A stretch of DNA of 64,000 nt, from the NCBI GenBank assembly GCA_951406725.2, contig OX597820.1, forward strand, positions 54,002,001 through 54,066,000, read 5' to 3'. The notes under the pieces are model-generated. The model saw nothing but the letters and a program-made list of their open reading frames with translations, was not told the origin of the DNA and made no database searches. The translations under genes were made by a program, and so were the position numbers. Each line of letters begins with the position of its first letter. The stretch's first letter is position 1. Of the stretch, positions 58,527 through 64,000 are shown in pieces. The stretch comes from Octopus vulgaris. Lineage: Eukaryota.

Positions 58527-59019
58527 GACGGGCTTCTTCCAGTTTCCGTCTACCAAATCCACTCACGTTCAATTCCCAAAGACAGCATATTTGAAGGTAT
58601 TGAAAATGTTAGCTTAATTCTGTAAAGACATCCCTGTTTTATTCGAGCTGATCAGAGCAACCCGCTGTACATTTGGCAAGTATCTGCTGCCATATACTAT
58701 CTTCAACCAAAACTTTGCGAGTAAAATTAGGGAGGCGAAAACTATGGCGAATCCAGTTAGAAAGACTGTTCTTGGAAATAGGTTTTAATACGTCGAATCA
58801 TTTAACACCAAATCTGACTACCTATATTTTTAGCAGGTCCACTTTCTTGCAAACTTTCGGGTCAAAATCTCCCTTTTGAGGTTAATATCCTCCCCAACTC
58901 AGCAGTAACTCAACCATTAATCTCAATATAAAACATCATATAGTCTAAAGTATACTACCACGGTGAATCAATGTTACAGTTATTATTGACTGTCGTGTTT
59001 CTGTTACCTACTGTCGGCA

Positions 59020-59091
59020 TCCCAAGTGGTCTAGTGGTTAGGATTCCGCGCTCTCACCGCGGCGGCCGGGGTTCGATTCCCCGCTTGGGAA
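59020..59091 (+). tRNA. tRNA-Glu (CTC)
   Basis: Identical to 57564-57635; TTTT at 59097-59100. Confidence 0.97.
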
Positions 59092-59494
59092 ACGTATTTT
59101 CTTCTAAATTTTTGATTTTTAACTTTGAATTTGCAAACACGATATACTTAGATATATTGAAAATCTTAGTTTAATATTGAAAATATTAGTTTAATGCTGT
59201 ATAGGCAGTTCATTTTTTTTTTTTTTGAGACGATCAGGGCTCGCAAGAGTCCTTTTGGCAGGTATCTTCTGCCATAGCATTAGATCAACCAAAAGTTCGC
59301 GACTAAAATTAGAGGAAAACTACGTTGAAGCCTCCTAGAAGGACACAACGCTCTTCCTGGTTTAGGAATTGAATACGCCAAAAGCTAATATGAGAGTATC
59401 TCTCGTGGCTTCTACCACAGTATAGTTTGTTCTAGCAGTTCACCCACGTTTACCTCTCAGTATTAATAATAGCTCTGATGTTAATATACTATTT

Positions 59495-59693
59495 TATTCT
59501 TTTACTTGTTTCAGTCATTCGACTGCGGCCATGCTTGAGCACCGCGTTTAATCGAACAAATCGACCCCAGGACTTATTCTACCTTGTACTTATTCTACAT
59601 TGTACTTATTCTAATGGTCTCTTTTTGCCGAAAAGCTGGGTGACGGGGACGTAAAAACACCAGCATCGGTTGTCAAGCAAAGATGGACTGACA

Positions 59694-59725
<32 letters not shown>

Positions 59726-59878
59726 CGACGGGCTTCTTCCAGTTTCCGTCTACCAAATCCACTCACAAGGCTTTGGTCGGCCCGAGGCTATAGTAGAAGA
59801 CACTTGCCCAAGGTGCCACGTAGTGCGACTGAACCGTGAACCATGTGGTTGAGAAGCAAGCTTCTTACCACACGGCCG
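59495..59878 (-). mobile_element. SINE family A within the tRNA repeat unit
   Basis: Paralogous truncated copy at about 58060-58566. Confidence 0.88.
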
Positions 59879-60167
59879 CTATATCTATCTAAACACTCAT
59901 CTCCTAACCAAGAAACTTTGCCATCCCGAAACGGTTACATATAAAGCCATTCTGACCAAATAAACTTATTCATTCTACAAGAAACGAAATGTGTCAAGCT
60001 ATTCAAGCTTCTTTTCAATCATTTTCTGAGTTTGTCTGCTTACCTTTTTTCGTCTTATCGTCACAGTTTCTAGATCCAACTAACACCCAAAACTTTGATC
60101 GGACCTTCAATTCAGTGCATCTTTAGTATTATTATTTGCTATTACAACTACAACAATTACTACTACA

Positions 60168-60208
<41 letters not shown>

Positions 60209-60767
60209 AAATAAAAGTAATAATAGTAATTTCAAATTTTGGCACAAGGCCAGCAATTTCAGCCAGTGGATAAGTCGATTGCATCGACTCCAGTAAACAA
60301 CTGGTACTTATTTTATCGAGTCCGAGAAGATGAAAGGCAAAGTCGATCTCGGCCGAATTTGAACTCAGAACCTGTAGACGGATGAAATGATGTTAAGCAT
60401 TTTGTCCGGCGTGCTAATGATTCTGCTGACTCACCACCCTGATAAATCTCTCTGTTGCAGACATAGAACCTGAAACTTTGGAGGAGAGAACTAGTCGATT
60501 ACATCAACTCAAGTATTTCACTGGTACTTTATTTTATTCACTTCGAAAGGAATAAAATGGTAAAGTTGACTTCGGCGGGATTTGAACTCAAGGTGCCACG
60601 AAAGCCGAATGCTCTAACAACTCTCTCAACTTGCCGCCTTCTACAACTGACATATCATAAGAATATGTTGAGGCTGGGTTCTGTCGTGTAATTAAATCCC
60701 AGAACTACTCAAGCTTCTACATCACCAGCACTACCAGTCAACCCTTTCGATAGATTTCTCTCGCCAA

Positions 60768-61550
60768 AGCGGCGAGCTGGCAGAAACATTAGCACGCCGG
60801 CCAAAATACTTACCGGTATTTCGTCTGCCGCTACGTTCTGAGTTCAAATTCCGCCGAGGTCGGCTTTGGCTTTCATCCTTTCGGAGTCGATTAAATAAGT
60901 ACCAGTTACGAACTTGGGGTCGATATAATCGACTTAATACCTTGTTTGTCCTCTCTGTGTTTGGCCCCTTGTGCGTAGTTAAGAAATAGGTATTTCGTCT
61001 GCTGCTACGTGCTGAGTTTGAATTCCGCCGAGGTCGACTTTGCCTGTCATCCTTTCGGGGTCGATAATTTAAGTACCAGTTATGCACTGGGGTCGATGTA
61101 ATCGACTTAATCCCTTTGTCTGTCCTTGTTTTCCCCCTCTATATTTAGCACCTTGTGGGCAATAAAGAAAGAAGAAACGTTAGCCCGCCGGGCGAAATGC
61201 TTACCGGTATTTCGTCTGCCGCTACGTTCTGAGTTCAAATTCCGCCGAGATCGACTTTGCCTTTCATCCTTTCGGGGTCGATTAAATAAGTACCAGATAC
61301 GTACTGGAATCGATATAATCGACTTAATCCGTTTGTCTGTGCTTGATTGTCTCTTCTGTGTTTAGCCCCTTGTGGGTGGTACAGAAATATGTATTTTGTC
61401 TGTCTTTACGTTCTGAGTTCAAATTCCGCCGAGGTTGACTTTGCCTTTCATCCTTTCGGGGTTGATAAATTAAGTGACAGTTGCGTACTGGGGGGCCTTC
61501 TATTCGACAGGCCCCCTCCCCAAAAATTTCTCGCCTTGTGCCTAGAGAAG
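60768..61550 (+). mobile_element. Tandem array of about 4 SINE family B units
   Basis: Repeated gtatttcgtctgccgctacgttctgagttcaaattccgccgagg units. Confidence 0.9.
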
Positions 61551-61733
61551 AAAAGTAGTAGTGGCAGCAGCAGTAATAGCAGCAGCACCACCACCAACAG
61601 TGGCAGCAACAGTAGCGGTAGTAGCTGAGCCATCCACTTCAATATATTCTAATATATTCTAATATATACTACCAGCATAAATCAGAGTTACAATTTTTGT
61701 TATCAGCTGTGTTTCAGACCACATATCAACACT

Positions 61734-61805
61734 TCCCAAGTAGTCTAGTGGTTAGGATTCCGCGCTCTCACCGCGGCGGCCGGGGTTCGATTCCCCGCTT
61801 GGGAA
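61734..61805 (+). tRNA. tRNA-Glu (CTC), G9A variant
   Basis: Same sequence except A at 61742; T-run about 13 nt downstream. Confidence 0.92.
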
Positions 61806-62294
61806 GCGATTTATATATTTTTAAATTTTTGTATTTCAAACGTTCAATTCCCAAAGACAGCATATTTGAAGGTATTGAAAATATTAGCTTAATTCTGTAA
61901 AGACATCCCTGTTTTATTCGAGCTGATCAGAGCAACCCGCAGTACATTTGGCAAGTATCTGCTGCTATATACTATCTTCAACCAAAACTTTGCGAGTAAA
62001 ATTAGGGAGGCGAAAACTATGGCGAATCCAGTTAGAAAGACTGTTCTTGGAAATAGGTTTTAATACGTCGAATCATTTAACACCAAATCTGACTACCTAT
62101 ATTTTTAGCAGGTCCACTTTCTTGCAAACTTTCGGGTCAAGATCCCCCTTTTGATGTTAATATCCTCCCCAACTCAGCAGTAACTCAACCATTAATCTCA
62201 ATATAAAGCATCATATAGTCTAATGTATACTACCACGATGAATCAATGTTACAGTTATTGTTGTCTGCCGTGTTTCTGCACTCTGCTGTCGGCC

Positions 62295-62366
62295 TCCCAA
62301 GTGGTCTAGTGGTTAGGATTCCGCGCTCTCACCGCGGCGGCCGGGGTTCGATTCCCCGCTTGGGAA
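62295..62366 (+). tRNA. tRNA-Glu (CTC)
   Basis: Identical to copy 1; T-run about 13 nt downstream. Confidence 0.97.
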
Positions 62367-63930
62367 GCCGTTTACATATTTTTGAAAAATTCATCTCATA
62401 TTGTACTTAAGTTGGAATGGCAATGGATAATATGTATGTTTATTAATAATTTACTCACAATTCGTAACTTGAAAATTAGTATTTTGCTTATTGCTTTACA
62501 CCAATATTTTCATTGTATTACTTTAAGATGTGGTACGGCACCGGACTGCCAGAATTGCATAGCGATATTTCTTCCGGCTTTTTATATTCTAAGATCAAAT
62601 ACAGCTGAGGACGGTTTTGCCTTTAATTCTTTCGGAGTGGATAAACTAATTAGAAATTGAGCACATGGGTCAACTGCTGTCCATGAGCCAAAATTTGAAG
62701 CCCTTATTATAGTATATGGTAATCTATTTTACTCCCAATGACATACAATCGTTGAAGTATCAAGATAGACAGTTTAAACCTGTTAAATACTTTCAATTAC
62801 CTAAAAGGAGAAATACCACTAATTATTTTATCCGTCGCCCCTAACCATCCTACCAGCTTACCGGCTTAATAGTAATAATAATAGTTTCAAATTTTGGCAC
62901 AAAGTAAGTCGATTACCTTGTGCCAAAGTGCGTAAGTCAATTACATCGACCTCTGTAATTGACAGTACTTTATTTTATCGACCCCGAAAGAATGAAAAAG
63001 GCAATGTTGATCTTGGCTGGATTTGATCTCAAAACAAAGAGAGAAAAGAAATGTCGTTAAGTATTTTATACTTGACGCTCCAAAGATTCCACCAGTTCAC
63101 TGTGTTTGTGTTATAATAATTTTGTAAGTCGGAGAGCTGGCAATATTGTTAGCACGTCCAGTGAAATGCTTGCCGGTATTTCATCTGCCGCTACGTTCTG
63201 AGTTCAAATTCCGCTGAGGTCGACTTTGCCTTTCATCCTTTCGGGGTCGATTAAATAAGTACCAGTTACGCACTGGGGTCGATATAATCGACTTAATCCG
63301 TTCTCTAATATTGCTACCCTTGTGGAGATTTTGAAAGCAATGATTATAATAATTTCTAATATTCGTTTCAATTTTTTGCGCAAGGACAGTGAGTTCGGGA
63401 TTACATCAATCCCAATGCTCACTTGGTACTTACTGAAAGGCAAAGTTGGCCTCGGCGGAATTTAAGCTCAGAACGTAAGGATGGACGAAATGTTACTTAG
63501 CAATTTGCCTGACGCCCCTAACGATTCTGCCAGCTTGCCGCTGTAAACCGAATGCCGTTCTCGCAAGAGTTAATTTTTAATAATAATTTTAAAGTTTGCA
63601 ACAAAGACTGCAATTTCAAGGGAGAATGCAAGTTGGTTACATCGACTTCAGTATTCAACTGGTACTCCTTTTATCGACCCCGGAAGGTAGAAAGGAAAAG
63701 TCGATCTCAGTGGAATCTGAACTCAGAATTTAAAGACGAATAATTTTGCATTCCAACAGAATATTTTGAGGTACTCTCGACTTATTTAATCCCAGAATTG
63801 TTGAAGCACCGGTACCACCACCAGCAGACAAGACCGCGTCAATGTATCTCTCTCACCAACGAATACTTTCGGTAAAGTATACTTCGACAGTGAATCAATG
63901 TTACAGTTACTTTTATCAGTTGTGATTCAG

Positions 63931-64000
63931 GCGCTAGTGGTCTAGCGGTTAGGATTCCGCGCTCTCACCGCGGCGGCCGGGGTTCGATTCCCCGCTTGGG
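63931..64000 (+). pseudogene. tRNA-Glu (CTC) pseudogene, 5' acceptor strand lost; cut by the window end
   Basis: gcgctag replaces tcccaag; the upstream motif lies 16 nt closer than in sibling copies, implying a deletion. Confidence 0.8.

Noticed and set aside
58673-62154. Duplicated 68-aa ORFs (MASICC...) and ORFs overlapping the tRNAs
   Set aside because: Non-ATG starts in duplicated tRNA spacers containing decayed SINE sequence; no protein features

Overview
This is repeat-dominated, AT-rich animal DNA, most likely from an octopus. That assignment is inferred from the tRNA-derived SINE families and the very dense (TA)n/(GATA)n/(CA)n microsatellites. I found no intact protein-coding gene, and nearly all ORFs in the supplied track are microsatellite or SINE read-throughs. 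The window holds many copies of at least three SINE families and decayed transposons: Tc1/mariner, piggyBac interrupted by a Helitron, MITEs, Helentron-type elements, and CR1, RTE and R4-type LINE fragments. It also has a 74-bp satellite, several fold-back inverted repeats, and a duplicated tRNA-Glu(CTC) cluster at 57.5-64 kb (4 intact genes plus 1 pseudogene). A spliced minus-strand transcript is possible. The most notable signal is a set of about a dozen hammerhead ribozyme (HHR) motifs in non-coding Penelope-like modules. Among them is a two-copy motif whose strands appear in a non-circularly permuted order, with compensatory base changes between the copies (635-729 +, 28681-28769 -). One element carries HHRs on both strands (51095-51343). 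All RNA folds were read by eye and have not been computed.
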